Made by a program: the position numbers and the translations under genes
In this document: piece after piece, positions 41,019 to 50,653 of the stretch
How the letters are laid out: the number at the start of each line of letters is the position of its first letter
Position numbering within the stretch: the first letter of the stretch is position 1
Notes under the pieces: generated by a model
What the model saw: only the letters and a program-made list of their open reading frames with translations
What the model was told of the DNA's origin: nothing
Databases searched by the model: none
Origin: a virus
IMG/VR virus record: IMGVR_UViG_3300025853_000043
Length of the DNA: 64,000 nucleotides
Strand: one strand, 5' to 3'

Positions 41019-42172
41019 TAATTATTAGCCTTTGCTCTAAGTGCTTTACTCAATGATTGTCTCTCGACAACTTCTTCTCCAGCAATGGTATTTACATTTG
41101 TATTGTTTATAAACGAACCTTTTAGAGTATCTTTGTCTTTTGTTGGTGTTAGTGTTGTTCTCACTTTATCCTCTACCTTTCTCCAACTATTTCCATCATA
41201 TCTAAATAATCTATTTGGAGATAAATCTATACGTAAAAAATAATCACCCTCGCCTGCTTGCGATGGAAAGCCTGTTCCCTGTCCGTACAATGCACCATTT
41301 GGTGGAATACCGTCACCAACTAAATAACCAATATATCCTGTTCCGTTAGGACTTTCAAAAACTTGATCAGATGTTATAAGTTCGTCAGAAATTAATGTTT
41401 CTTGGTCAACGGTAACAATAGCCATTTCTCCATCTTCTGTAACACTTAATGTGTAAAATTGTGTTGTTTCATAACCACTGAGTCTTGCATTTTCTTCTGC
41501 TTGTTGGATGATAGCTTCGTTTATTTGCATTTCTTTTTCGTAAGTGCTTAAAACATCACGTAAAGTATTACTACTACCTTCTTCTGCAGGTAAATCTAAA
41601 ATATCTTTGTATTCTTGTGAATCCATTATTTGTTTGCATTTTAGTCGATACAAATGCGGATACCAAGTTTGTGAAAATCCTTCTGCTGCTCGTGTAACAT
41701 CTTCTACAACATAAAATCTTTTTAACGCAACACTGAAGTCATTTAAAGCATATTCATCAATCATATGTGGTAATTCTATAACATCGCCACTCATTATTTT
41801 TCTGCCTAAAGTTTTTACACTGCTGGCAATATGTATTGTCAAAAATATTGTATCATTTTGTAAAAATAAGCCAAATTGACTTAAATCAAAATCAGTATCT
41901 TGAACATTATAATGACCTCTGAGTGTGTAAATATCGTTGTCATATTTTCTATCTCTGTTTTCTAGAAATAACAAGTCTTGAATGTTTGTTTCTGAAATTA
42001 CATCGTATATAGGTTGTTCGATAGTTGCATCATCTGCTGATACATTCTTTGGACCGATATATTTGTGTATATTTAAATCTGTACCGCCAACCGTGAATTG
42101 TTCATAGATAATACTATCTAAAAAGTCAAAGTCTTTGGATTTTTCCGGTCTATATAAACTTAATCTAGGCAT
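41018..42172 (-). CDS. gp14: Neck / head-closure protein (T4 gp14-like)
   Basis: DFDLSQFGLF, SGDVIELP, FYVVEDV...YPHLYRLKC; adjacent to gp13 and gp15. Confidence 0.7.
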   Translation of the reverse strand: MPRLSLYRPEKSKDFDFLDSIIYEQFTVGGTDLNIHKYIGPKNVSADDATIEQPIYDVISETNIQDLLFLENRDRKYDNDIYTLRGHYNVQDTDFDLSQFGLFLQNDTIFLTIHIASSVKTLGRKIMSGDVIELPHMIDEYALNDFSVALKRFYVVEDVTRAAEGFSQTWYPHLYRLKCKQIMDSQEYKDILDLPAEEGSSNTLRDVLSTYEKEMQINEAIIQQAEENARLSGYETTQFYTLSVTEDGEMAIVTVDQETLISDELITSDQVFESPNGTGYIGYLVGDGIPPNGALYGQGTGFPSQAGEGDYFLRIDLSPNRLFRYDGNSWRKVEDKVRTTLTPTKDKDTLKGSFINNTNVNTIAGEEVVERQSLSKALRAKANN

Positions 42173-42177
42173 ATGTA

Positions 42178-42198
42178 TATTTATCGTTACGATAAATA
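42178..42198. promoter_or_regulatory. Back-to-back late promoters forming a palindrome
   Basis: TATTTATCG-TTA-CGATAAATA gives GATAAATA on both strands between divergent gp14 and gp13. Confidence 0.75.
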
Positions 42199-42201
42199 CT
42201 A

Positions 42202-42975
42202 GTGGAGAACAATATGGCAGACTTGACTACTGAAAAACAAGAAATTTTTGATTACGTAAATGCATTCCTCGGCGGAGGCATGGTAGATGTTGAACTTGAT
42301 CCAATACACTACGAAACAGCACTTGTAAAAAGTTTAAGTAAATTTAGACAAAGAAGTGAAAATAGTGTAGAAGAAAGTTATTTGGTAATTGCACTAAATC
42401 CAGATCAAAACGAATATACATTGCCAAATGAAGTTATCGAAGTTAGACAACTATTTAGACGCAATGTAGGTAGTAGATTAGGTGCTAGTGCTGATGGCGG
42501 CAGTTTGTTTGAACCATTTAACTTAGCTTACACAAATACATATTTGTTAGCAGGTAGCGGCATCGGTGGTCTAGCAACTTATGATTTCTTTGCACAACAA
42601 CAAGAACTAGTAGGTCGTATGTTTGGTAGTTTTCTTGAATTTTATTGGAATACTAGTACAAAAAAATTAACTATATTACAACGTCCTAGAGCCGATGAAG
42701 AAATTTTAGCATATTGCTATAATCATAGACCTGACTTTGAACTATTCAAAGATTACAAAGCATATCAGTGGATTAAAGATTATACTTTAGCTAACTGCAA
42801 ATATATGTTAGGTGAAGCACGTAGCAAATTTGCAACCATAGCTGGACCAGGAGGTGGTACTACACTGAATGGCGATACATTAAAAGCCGAAGCACAAGCC
42901 GAAATGGAAAAATTAGAAAAAGAACTAGATACAGCAGTTGCAGGCGGTACAGGTTATACGTTCTTAATTGGCTAA
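42202..42975 (+). CDS. gp13: Neck protein (T4 gp13-like head-tail adaptor)
   Basis: LGGGMVDVEL, WIKDYTLANCKYMLGEARSKF...PGGGTTLNG. Confidence 0.85.
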   Translation: MENNMADLTTEKQEIFDYVNAFLGGGMVDVELDPIHYETALVKSLSKFRQRSENSVEESYLVIALNPDQNEYTLPNEVIEVRQLFRRNVGSRLGASADGGSLFEPFNLAYTNTYLLAGSGIGGLATYDFFAQQQELVGRMFGSFLEFYWNTSTKKLTILQRPRADEEILAYCYNHRPDFELFKDYKAYQWIKDYTLANCKYMLGEARSKFATIAGPGGGTTLNGDTLKAEAQAEMEKLEKELDTAVAGGTGYTFLIG

Positions 42976-43247
42976 AGATCGTTATCGTGAATGTACAATT
43001 GAATTAATGCATAATGCAAAATTTTCATTAAATCTTTTCGAGCATCTTCTGCTGTACCTTTTTTTCCATAGCGATTAGAATACTTGTCAACATTGCCCAT
43101 GCAAAAACCAGTTCCGTGTCCTCTATCAATAATTACTTCAGTTGATTGAAATTTATTGGTACTATAATGTCCATCATATGTTTTGTCAATGTATGCTTGG
43201 AATTCATCAATGTATTTTTTTTCGTCAAATTTATAATCAATGCTCAT
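42972..43247 (-). CDS. DUF3310 / T7 gp1.7-like small protein
   Basis: YIDKTYDGHYS, GFCMGNVDKYSNRYGKKG...DLMKILHY; likely start MSIDYKF at 43247. Confidence 0.6.
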   Translation of the reverse strand: MSIDYKFDEKKYIDEFQAYIDKTYDGHYSTNKFQSTEVIIDRGHGTGFCMGNVDKYSNRYGKKGTAEDARKDLMKILHYALIQLYIHDNDL

Positions 43248-43265
43248 AGTAAATCCTTTTCTATT

Positions 43266-43294
43266 ATAATACATGATACAAGTTGTAAAGTCAA
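43266..43294 (-). promoter_or_regulatory. Sigma70 promoter for the DUF3310-like gene
   Basis: Minus strand TTGACT-N17-TATTAT. Confidence 0.65.
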
Positions 43295-43345
43295 TAATAA
43301 AATGCGCACATAACGGCTAAAACCCCCTATTTTCTACCATAAGTA

Positions 43346-43353
43346 GATAAATA
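43346..43353 (+). promoter_or_regulatory. Late promoter GATAAATA
   Basis: Upstream of the sheath AGGAG SD. Confidence 0.65.
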
Positions 43354-43388
43354 TTATTGATAGACATAATCCATAGGAGAAATAAAAA

Positions 43389-46300
43389 ATGGCATTAACA
43401 TCACCAGGCGTAGAGGTCAGCGTAATTGACGAGAGTTTTTACACTCCGGCTGAACCAGGTACAACACCTATTATTTTTGTTGCAACAGCAGAAAATAAAC
43501 TAAATGGTGCAGGCACAGGAATAGCACCAGGAACAACCGCAGCAAATGCGGGTAAAGTATATCTAATGACATCACAACGTGACTTAGTAGAAACATTTGG
43601 TGATCCATTATTTTATACAGATACAAATAATAATCCAATACATGGCGGAGAACAGAACGAATATGGCTTACAAGCCGCATATTCATATCTAGGTGTAAGT
43701 AACAGAGCATGGGTAGTTAGAGCTGATATTGATTTATCAGCATTGAATGCAAGTTCAACTGCAACAGCAGCAGATCCTGAAAATGGTACATACTGGTTAG
43801 ATACACAAACTACATCATGGGGTGTATTTGAATGGAACGGAAGTGCGCTATCAACTTCAAATACATCAGGACAAACATTTACTAACAAGGCTCCTATTGT
43901 TATTACTGATTCAACAAAAGTTGCAGGTTCAAGTCCTTACACACCAAATGGTAGTGTAGGTCAGCCAGGTGAATATGCTATCGTTGCAATTTCAACAATA
44001 CCACGTTTATGGTACAAAAACTCAAGTGGTACTTGGGTGCAAGTAGGAAGTGCAAACTGGAAGGCATCATGGCCTTCAGTAAGTAGTTCAGGTTCGACTG
44101 CACCAGGCGCAGGCGAAGACTTTACTCTAAATGGTGCAACTATCACAACATCTGGTACAACATTCACAACACTTGCTAGTGATATTGAAGGTGCAGGCGT
44201 TACCGGTGTAACAGCAGCAGTAGTAGATGGTGTATTAGAAATATACAATGACGGAACTGGAACTGATAGTATTATCCTTGTTGACGGTACAGGAACACCG
44301 TTAGCAGATGCAGGTATTTCAGCAGGCACATATTATGCTCCTAAGTTACAAGCATCAAAACATACTAGTGTTCCAGAATACAAAACATCAGATTCAAATC
44401 CTCGTCCAACTGGAAGTATTTGGGTTAAAACAACAGAACCAAACTCAGGCGCACGTTGGAGAACCAAAGTATGGAACGGCGATACAGCAACATGGGATGC
44501 AGTTGATGCACCAATTTTTGATAATGGCGCAAGTGCAATTTATGAATTAGACAAAGCAGGTGGTGGTGCTAACTTACTTCCAGCAAATCTTTATGTAAAA
44601 ACAAACGTAACTGAAGCAGCAACTAATCTTGCTAATTTTACAATTTACAAAAGAGCAGCAGCAGGCCGCACAAAAATTGTAGGTACAGCAGTAAGTTCTG
44701 TTGCAGTAGCAACATATAGTGTAACAATCCAAGAAACTATTAAAAATTCAGCTGCTTATGCATCAGCACGTACGGTATCAATCACAACTACAGGTGCATC
44801 AACAGATGCGGAAGTAGTTGCAACACAAATTAACGCAGCAGGTTTTGCTAACATTGTTGCAAGTGTTGATAGCACAAACAGAGTTGTAATTGAACATACC
44901 TTAGGTGGAGAAATTCGTATTACTGATACAGATGGACTACTACCATTAATTGGTTTTACAAAATACAACTACTCAACTAAAGCTGGAACAGCAAACTTAT
45001 ATGCTTGGCCAGGTGCAAGTTCTAACCAATATGAAGCAAGTTTGTGGACTGAATTAACATACACAGCAAGCAATGATGCACCAACTGCTCTTGCAGCACA
45101 AGGAGCATTATGGTATAGTAGTGTTGTTGATGAAGTAGATATGCTTGTACACGATGGCACTAAGTGGGTTGGGCTATTACATAGCGATTCTCCATACTAT
45201 GCAGGTGGTGTAGCAGCTGATCAACCAGATCCAAAAGGTCCAATTGTAAGTGCAACTGAGCCAGATGAGCAATCAGACGGTACAGCACTTAAAACAGGCG
45301 ATATTTGGATTAGCACAGCAGATTTAGATAATTATCCAACAATTTATCGTTACAATGGTAACTTAGCATCTTGGATTTTACTAGACGCTACAGATCAAAC
45401 AACTGAAAACGGTGTACTATTTGCAGATGCACGTTGGAGTATTAACGGCGGTTCATCGTCAGCACATGAAGCAGGAACTATTGCCGATCTGTTAACAAGT
45501 TCTTTTGTTGATCCAGATGCTCCAGATCCAGCACTATATCCAAAAGGTATGTTGTTATGGAACCTACGTAGAAGTGGCTTTAACGTAAAACGTTTTGAGC
45601 GCAACTATATTGATTTAACAGCTGACAACACACGCTTTGGCGACGAAGATATGTCAACATATTATCCACATCGTTGGGTAACAGAATCAGCTAACGAATC
45701 AGACGGTAAAGGTAGTTTTGGACGTAAGGCACAGCGTAAAGTTGTTGTACAAAAATTACAATCATTACTAAATGAAAATCAAGACATACGTGATGACGAA
45801 TCAAGAACATTTAACTTGATTGCAACACCAGGTTATCCTGAACTAATTGGTGAAATGATCACACTTAACTATGACAGAGGCTTAACAGCATTTGTTGTTG
45901 GTGATTCGCCGATGCGTTTAACAAGCGATGCAACTTCATTAAACGAATGGGCAACAAACGTTAACACAGCAGTTGAAGACAACGATAATGGATTAGTAAG
46001 TAGAGATGAATATCTAGGCGTTTACTATCCAAGTGGTTTTACAAGTGACAACGCAGGTAACAATGTAGTTGTTCCGGCTTCACATATGGTGCTAAGAACT
46101 ATTGCACTTAATGACCAAGTTGCTTATCCATGGTTTGCACCAGCAGGTACAAGACGTGGTGGCGTAACAAACGCAACTTCAACAGGTTACATTAACAGCG
46201 AAGGCGAATTTGTTGCAGCAGCACTTAACGAAGGCACAAGAGATACATTGTATCAAAACAATGTAAACCCAATTACATTCTTGAGCGGAGCAGGCTTAGT

Positions 46301-46661
46301 TGTGTTTGGACAGAAAACTCGTGCAAGAAATGCAAGTGCATTAGACAGAGTTAACGTAGCTAGACTTGTAATTTACTTACGTAGTCAACTTAACACACTA
46401 GCTAAACCATACTTGTTTGAACCAAATGATAAGATTACCCGTGATGAAATTAAACAACAGGTAGAAAGTTTAATGGTTGAACTAGTTGGTCTAAGAGCAC
46501 TATATGACTTCCTAGTTGTATGTGACGAAACAAACAACACTCCTGCTAGAATTGATAGAAATGAGCTTTATGTAGATATTGCTATTGAACCAGTCAAAGC
46601 AGTTGAATTTATTTACATTCCGCTACGTATCAAGAACACAGGAGAGATCGCAGGTCTATAA
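43389..46661 (+). CDS. gp18: Contractile tail sheath protein (T4 gp18-like), enlarged
   Basis: MALTSPGVEVSVIDES, WFAPAGTRRG, LYQNNVNPI, GQKT, ALDRVNVARL, FEPND, IEPVKAVEFIYI. Confidence 0.95.
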   Translation: MALTSPGVEVSVIDESFYTPAEPGTTPIIFVATAENKLNGAGTGIAPGTTAANAGKVYLMTSQRDLVETFGDPLFYTDTNNNPIHGGEQNEYGLQAAYSYLGVSNRAWVVRADIDLSALNASSTATAADPENGTYWLDTQTTSWGVFEWNGSALSTSNTSGQTFTNKAPIVITDSTKVAGSSPYTPNGSVGQPGEYAIVAISTIPRLWYKNSSGTWVQVGSANWKASWPSVSSSGSTAPGAGEDFTLNGATITTSGTTFTTLASDIEGAGVTGVTAAVVDGVLEIYNDGTGTDSIILVDGTGTPLADAGISAGTYYAPKLQASKHTSVPEYKTSDSNPRPTGSIWVKTTEPNSGARWRTKVWNGDTATWDAVDAPIFDNGASAIYELDKAGGGANLLPANLYVKTNVTEAATNLANFTIYKRAAAGRTKIVGTAVSSVAVATYSVTIQETIKNSAAYASARTVSITTTGASTDAEVVATQINAAGFANIVASVDSTNRVVIEHTLGGEIRITDTDGLLPLIGFTKYNYSTKAGTANLYAWPGASSNQYEASLWTELTYTASNDAPTALAAQGALWYSSVVDEVDMLVHDGTKWVGLLHSDSPYYAGGVAADQPDPKGPIVSATEPDEQSDGTALKTGDIWISTADLDNYPTIYRYNGNLASWILLDATDQTTENGVLFADARWSINGGSSSAHEAGTIADLLTSSFVDPDAPDPALYPKGMLLWNLRRSGFNVKRFERNYIDLTADNTRFGDEDMSTYYPHRWVTESANESDGKGSFGRKAQRKVVVQKLQSLLNENQDIRDDESRTFNLIATPGYPELIGEMITLNYDRGLTAFVVGDSPMRLTSDATSLNEWATNVNTAVEDNDNGLVSRDEYLGVYYPSGFTSDNAGNNVVVPASHMVLRTIALNDQVAYPWFAPAGTRRGGVTNATSTGYINSEGEFVAAALNEGTRDTLYQNNVNPITFLSGAGLVVFGQKTRARNASALDRVNVARLVIYLRSQLNTLAKPYLFEPNDKITRDEIKQQVESLMVELVGLRALYDFLVVCDETNNTPARIDRNELYVDIAIEPVKAVEFIYIPLRIKNTGEIAGL

Positions 46662-46662
46662 A

Positions 46663-46692
46663 AATTGGGGTCAAGGAAACTTGGCCCTAATT
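46663..46692 (+). terminator. Hairpin after the sheath, abutting a late promoter
   Basis: aattggggtcaag-gaaa-cttggccctaatt; GATAAATA follows at 46694-46701. Confidence 0.6.
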
Positions 46693-46725
46693 TGATAAAT
46701 ACTTGTGTATTAAGGAGAACAATAG

Positions 46726-47364
46726 ATGGCAATCTCAACACTATTAAATTTAACGGTACCATTAGCTAATGATACAACATCAAGCTCACAAGGCTTGTTG
46801 ATGCCTAAGCTACAATATCGTTTCCGTGTTACATTAGAAAACTTTGGTATTTCAGGTGACACTCAAGAACTTACAAAACAAGTTATTGATGCTACTCGTC
46901 CTACTTTGAGTTTTGATCCAATTGTACTTGAAGTGTACAACTCAAAAATTCATATGGCGGGTAAACACACATGGAACACCGTGTCATTAAACTTACGTGA
47001 TGATGTAAGTGGTAATGTGCAAAAACTAGTTGGTGAACAACTACAGAAACAATTTGACTTTTTTGAACAAGCAAGCGCAGCTACTGGCCAAGATTACAAA
47101 TTCTTACAAAGAATTGAAGTCCTTGATGGTGGTAACGGTACAAACACTCCAGCAGTGCTTGAAACTTGGGAACTATATGGATGTTTCCTAACACAAGTTG
47201 ATTACGGCAGCATGTCATATGGTGAATCAAACCCAATGACGGTTGCACTAACAATTCAATACGATAATGCAGTGCAACTTGATCAAGGTGTTGGTACACC
47301 AAATGGGTTCCAAGATAGAACCATTGATAGCGGCACTGGTGCAACAGGCGCAGCAGCTCTTTAA
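46726..47364 (+). CDS. gp19: Tail tube protein (T4 gp19-like)
   Basis: LMPKLQYRFRV, GKHTWNTVSLNLRDD, WELYGCFLTQVDYG, LTIQYDNA; follows the sheath. Confidence 0.88.
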   Translation: MAISTLLNLTVPLANDTTSSSQGLLMPKLQYRFRVTLENFGISGDTQELTKQVIDATRPTLSFDPIVLEVYNSKIHMAGKHTWNTVSLNLRDDVSGNVQKLVGEQLQKQFDFFEQASAATGQDYKFLQRIEVLDGGNGTNTPAVLETWELYGCFLTQVDYGSMSYGESNPMTVALTIQYDNAVQLDQGVGTPNGFQDRTIDSGTGATGAAAL

Positions 47365-47384
47365 TAATTAAATGAGATTGTCTT

Positions 47385-47417
47385 AAATAAGGAGTCTTTA
47401 CGGCTCCTTATTTTTTT
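47385..47417 (+). terminator. Intrinsic terminator after the tube gene
   Basis: aaataaggagtc...ggctccttattttttt; GATAAATA follows at 47419-47426. Confidence 0.85.
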
Positions 47418-47430
47418 GGATAAATACTAT

Positions 47431-48738
47431 ATGGCAAGTAAACTTTATGATAATTTTAGTGGTAGAGGAAATCCTAAAGGTATTTTAGGAGACTTTCAAC
47501 ATGCTGCCGAGCTTTATAGAAAAAATAACTTTAGACTAAGTCCTAAAGTTAAATTTTTATATCACGTTGTATTGAATATAAATCCAATTGCACTTGCATC
47601 GTTAGGATCGAGTATACAAAGTGCTTTAAGTACAAGAGAGATAAATCTACTTGCACAAACCGTTGACTTGCCAACATATACAACTCAAATGGAAACAAAG
47701 AATCAATACAACAGAAAAAAACTTGTGCAAACAAAACTTAATTATGATCCTGTGTCTTTAATTTTCCATGATGATAATGCAGGATTAACTACACTACTCT
47801 GGGAAGCATATTACAGATATTATTTTCAAGATGGCAACTATTCTACTAGAACATCAACAGGTAGACCAAATTCCTATCGTGTTGGACTATATGATCCTGA
47901 ACCATTAAACTTGTATAGGCACGGTCTTGATAGATATAATTTTACAGAAGCACCGTTTTTTGATAGCATAGTTATACATCAACTACATCCGCAAAATGAA
48001 ATATCAAAATTTACAAGTTATACACTTGTTAATCCATTAATTGAAAGTCATAGACATGATACTTTAGATCAAACATCCGGAAGTGGATTAATGAAAAACA
48101 CAATGTCTATTCAATATGAAACCGTGCTGTATAATAGAGGTACTACTACACAAGATAATCCTGCAGGATTTGGAGATGATGCACATTATGATACAACACC
48201 AAGTCCATATGCTTATAGCTCGGCTAACGAAAGCGATGTAACACCTTTTGAAAATAACAGCATAAGTTTAGAGGGTTGGGCAGGAATATTTTTTGATGCT
48301 GTGTTAAAAACAATTACACAATCTGATTTACAAAATCAACGTAGTGTAATTGACAAGCAAGCAATTACACCTCCTATAACAACTAATCAACCATTGAGTT
48401 TGTTTAATAATGTTATTGTTCCTAGACCAGATACAATAACAGGCACAACTCAAACATCTGCAACAAATACAAACTGGGCATCAGTACTTAATGGCATAGC
48501 AAAAGACAAAAACACTTTAACTAATCAGCAAAAATTAAATGATTTTAGTAGAGTAGCATTTGGACTAGCAGACAACGATAGCGGTAGAAGTATATTTGAA
48601 AGTAAACTTGCATATGATAATCTTTCAGACGCTGCTACTTTACAAGTTCAAACAGCAGTTACTTTAAATGCAAACGAAATTGCAAACGGTAATGTACAAG
48701 GACTTAGAAACGATTTACAAAAACTAGGAATATTATAA
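47431..48738 (+). CDS. Tail-tube-fold baseplate / tube initiator protein (gp48/gp54-like)
   Basis: TVDLPTY...NQYNRKKLVQTKLNYDPVSLIFHDD, NTMSIQYE; ATG at 47431 follows the late promoter. Confidence 0.6.
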   Translation: MASKLYDNFSGRGNPKGILGDFQHAAELYRKNNFRLSPKVKFLYHVVLNINPIALASLGSSIQSALSTREINLLAQTVDLPTYTTQMETKNQYNRKKLVQTKLNYDPVSLIFHDDNAGLTTLLWEAYYRYYFQDGNYSTRTSTGRPNSYRVGLYDPEPLNLYRHGLDRYNFTEAPFFDSIVIHQLHPQNEISKFTSYTLVNPLIESHRHDTLDQTSGSGLMKNTMSIQYETVLYNRGTTTQDNPAGFGDDAHYDTTPSPYAYSSANESDVTPFENNSISLEGWAGIFFDAVLKTITQSDLQNQRSVIDKQAITPPITTNQPLSLFNNVIVPRPDTITGTTQTSATNTNWASVLNGIAKDKNTLTNQQKLNDFSRVAFGLADNDSGRSIFESKLAYDNLSDAATLQVQTAVTLNANEIANGNVQGLRNDLQKLGIL

Positions 48739-48739
48739 T

Positions 48740-49114
48740 ATGAGTTCAGTAACAGATGCAAGTATTAATCCATCAACAGATAGTGCAAGTGAAATAAAAC
48801 AATTCTTTGATCAGTATTTTTCTAATCCAATACAATATTCTAGTAACGAAGTTGATAGTGTTGTAGGATTTTTTACAAAACGTGGTTTTGATCAACAAGC
48901 CAGTATCAGTGTAGCAACTACATTATTACAACAAGCAAAAGTAGAAAAGAAACCAATCTTTCAATTATTAGATACACTGAAAGGTTTAGATAGTATACAA
49001 TTAAGTAAATTAATTGCAGCAATACTTAATAGTAATCGTAGTTATACAAGTGCTTTAGGATATGTTAATAATGAAAATGGTGAAACAACCGAAAGTAGGA
49101 ACATTATTGTTTAA
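48740..49114 (+). CDS. Hypothetical virion-cluster protein
   Basis: 124-aa ORF in the operon. Confidence 0.7.
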   Translation: MSSVTDASINPSTDSASEIKQFFDQYFSNPIQYSSNEVDSVVGFFTKRGFDQQASISVATTLLQQAKVEKKPIFQLLDTLKGLDSIQLSKLIAAILNSNRSYTSALGYVNNENGETTESRNIIV

Positions 49115-49551
49115 TGGCACGCTTTGCACAAGGAAAGTATACTTTAAAAAATCCTTCTAAGTACATTGGTGGTAGAACACCGACTTATAGAAGTAGTTGG
49201 GAATTTGCTTTCATGCGTATGTGTGATACTAATGAAAGTATTACAAAATGGGCCAGTGAAGCAATAAAGATTCCATACAGAAATCCTTTAAGTGGAAAAT
49301 TTACAATCTACGTTCCAGATTTTTTTGTTGTTTACACTGATAGAAATGGCAAGCAACATGTAGAACTTATAGAAGTAAAACCTAGTAATCACACTCTTAA
49401 AGAAAAAACTGGCCGCAGTAGAACTAACCAATTACATTTTGCAGTTAATCAAGCCAAATGGACTGCTGCTAGAGCATATTGTAAACAAAAAGGTATGACG
49501 TTTAGAATAGTTACTGAAAATGAAATGTTTCACCAAGGTAAAAGAAGATGA
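49114..49551 (+). CDS. gp4: Head completion nuclease (T4 gp4-like, TnsA-N fold)
   Basis: YRSSWEFAFM, WASEAIKIPY, YVPDFFV, LIEVKP, NQAKW...F.IVTE. Confidence 0.88.
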   Translation: MARFAQGKYTLKNPSKYIGGRTPTYRSSWEFAFMRMCDTNESITKWASEAIKIPYRNPLSGKFTIYVPDFFVVYTDRNGKQHVELIEVKPSNHTLKEKTGRSRTNQLHFAVNQAKWTAARAYCKQKGMTFRIVTENEMFHQGKRR

Positions 49552-50114
49552 AAATAGCATTTGTTCATATTCCTAAAACAGGAGGTGCAAGTGTTTATCG
49601 TTGGTGGTATAAAAATTTAAGAAATTCTAACTTTCAATTTGTAAGAAACGGACATGAATTCATAGGAAACATAAAAGAAGATTACGATAAAAGTTTTACA
49701 ATAACAAGAAATACATGGAATAGATTAATAAGTCTTTATGTATTTCAAGAACAAAAATGTTATCAAAAAATAAGAAAAAATCACAAAGTAGATTTTTATA
49801 AAGATATTTTAAATGCATGGAATAAAGGAATAGAATACTATATTGAATATAGTCTTGACAATAATTTTAATGGAACACATTGTCAAATAGAATATACAAA
49901 AGGTGTAGAACATATATTTTCAACTGAAAACTTGAAACAAGATTTTGCTACTATACAACAATGGGCCGATTGTTATATTCCTTTAGAAAAAAATGTGCAT
50001 GTTGGAAAATATAATAAAAAAGAATTTATGACAAAAAAATTTATAGACTTTGTGGGTAATAAATTTCAAAAAGAAATAGAATACTTTTCCTATGCTCCTA
50101 TACTAGATAAATAA
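49548..50114 (+). CDS. Sulfotransferase family 2-like protein
   Basis: FVHIPKTGGASV PAPS-binding loop; RNTWNRLISLY. Confidence 0.75.
   Translation: MKIAFVHIPKTGGASVYRWWYKNLRNSNFQFVRNGHEFIGNIKEDYDKSFTITRNTWNRLISLYVFQEQKCYQKIRKNHKVDFYKDILNAWNKGIEYYIEYSLDNNFNGTHCQIEYTKGVEHIFSTENLKQDFATIQQWADCYIPLEKNVHVGKYNKKEFMTKKFIDFVGNKFQKEIEYFSYAPILDK
50106..50113 (+). promoter_or_regulatory. Late promoter GATAAATA
   Basis: Upstream of the putative terminase small subunit. Confidence 0.6.
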
Positions 50115-50139
50115 TAGTAGCATATAATGGATAACTACT

Positions 50140-50631
50140 ATGACAAAAAAATTAGAAGAATTGTTAAATTTACCTGATAACCAAGACATTGTTGATGAAC
50201 AACAAGAAAAAGCAGAAGCAGCAGTTATTTCACATGAAGATACATTCCGTGATATTGCAGAGTTTGACAAAATAGCAAGTGCATTGCCTGCTGTAAAAGG
50301 TTTAGGTGATTTGGCAGACAAAGAACTAAATGAAGTTGCTGACAAAGCAATGACTGCATATGACGACCTAATGGACTTGGGTATGAATGTTGAAAGTCGT
50401 TATAGTGGCAGAGTTTTTGAAGTTGCAGGTACTATGTTAAAAACCAGTCTTGATGCAAAAGTTGCAAAACTAGATAAAAAACTTAAAATGGTAGAACTAC
50501 AACTTAAAAAAGAAAAAATGGATAGAGACAGCGGATCCGGTGATGGCGGTATTACTGAAGGCGAAGGGTTTGTAGTTACAGATAGAAATAGTCTTTTACA
50601 AAAGCTAAAAGGACTTGATAATGATAAATAG
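50140..50631 (+). CDS. Probable terminase small subunit (gp16-like)
   Basis: Helical, RYSGRVFEVAGTML, C-terminal FVVTDRNSLLQKLK; near the large terminase. Confidence 0.55.
   Translation: MTKKLEELLNLPDNQDIVDEQQEKAEAAVISHEDTFRDIAEFDKIASALPAVKGLGDLADKELNEVADKAMTAYDDLMDLGMNVESRYSGRVFEVAGTMLKTSLDAKVAKLDKKLKMVELQLKKEKMDRDSGSGDGGITEGEGFVVTDRNSLLQKLKGLDNDK
50623..50630 (+). promoter_or_regulatory. Late promoter GATAAATA
   Basis: Overlaps the upstream stop codon. Confidence 0.6.
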
Positions 50632-50653
50632 TAGTATAGTTTAGGATACGACA

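Noticed and set aside
49114-49551. TnsA-like nuclease as a Tn7 transposon
   Set aside because: Motifs and context match the T4 gp4 head-completion protein; no other transposition genes or end repeats.
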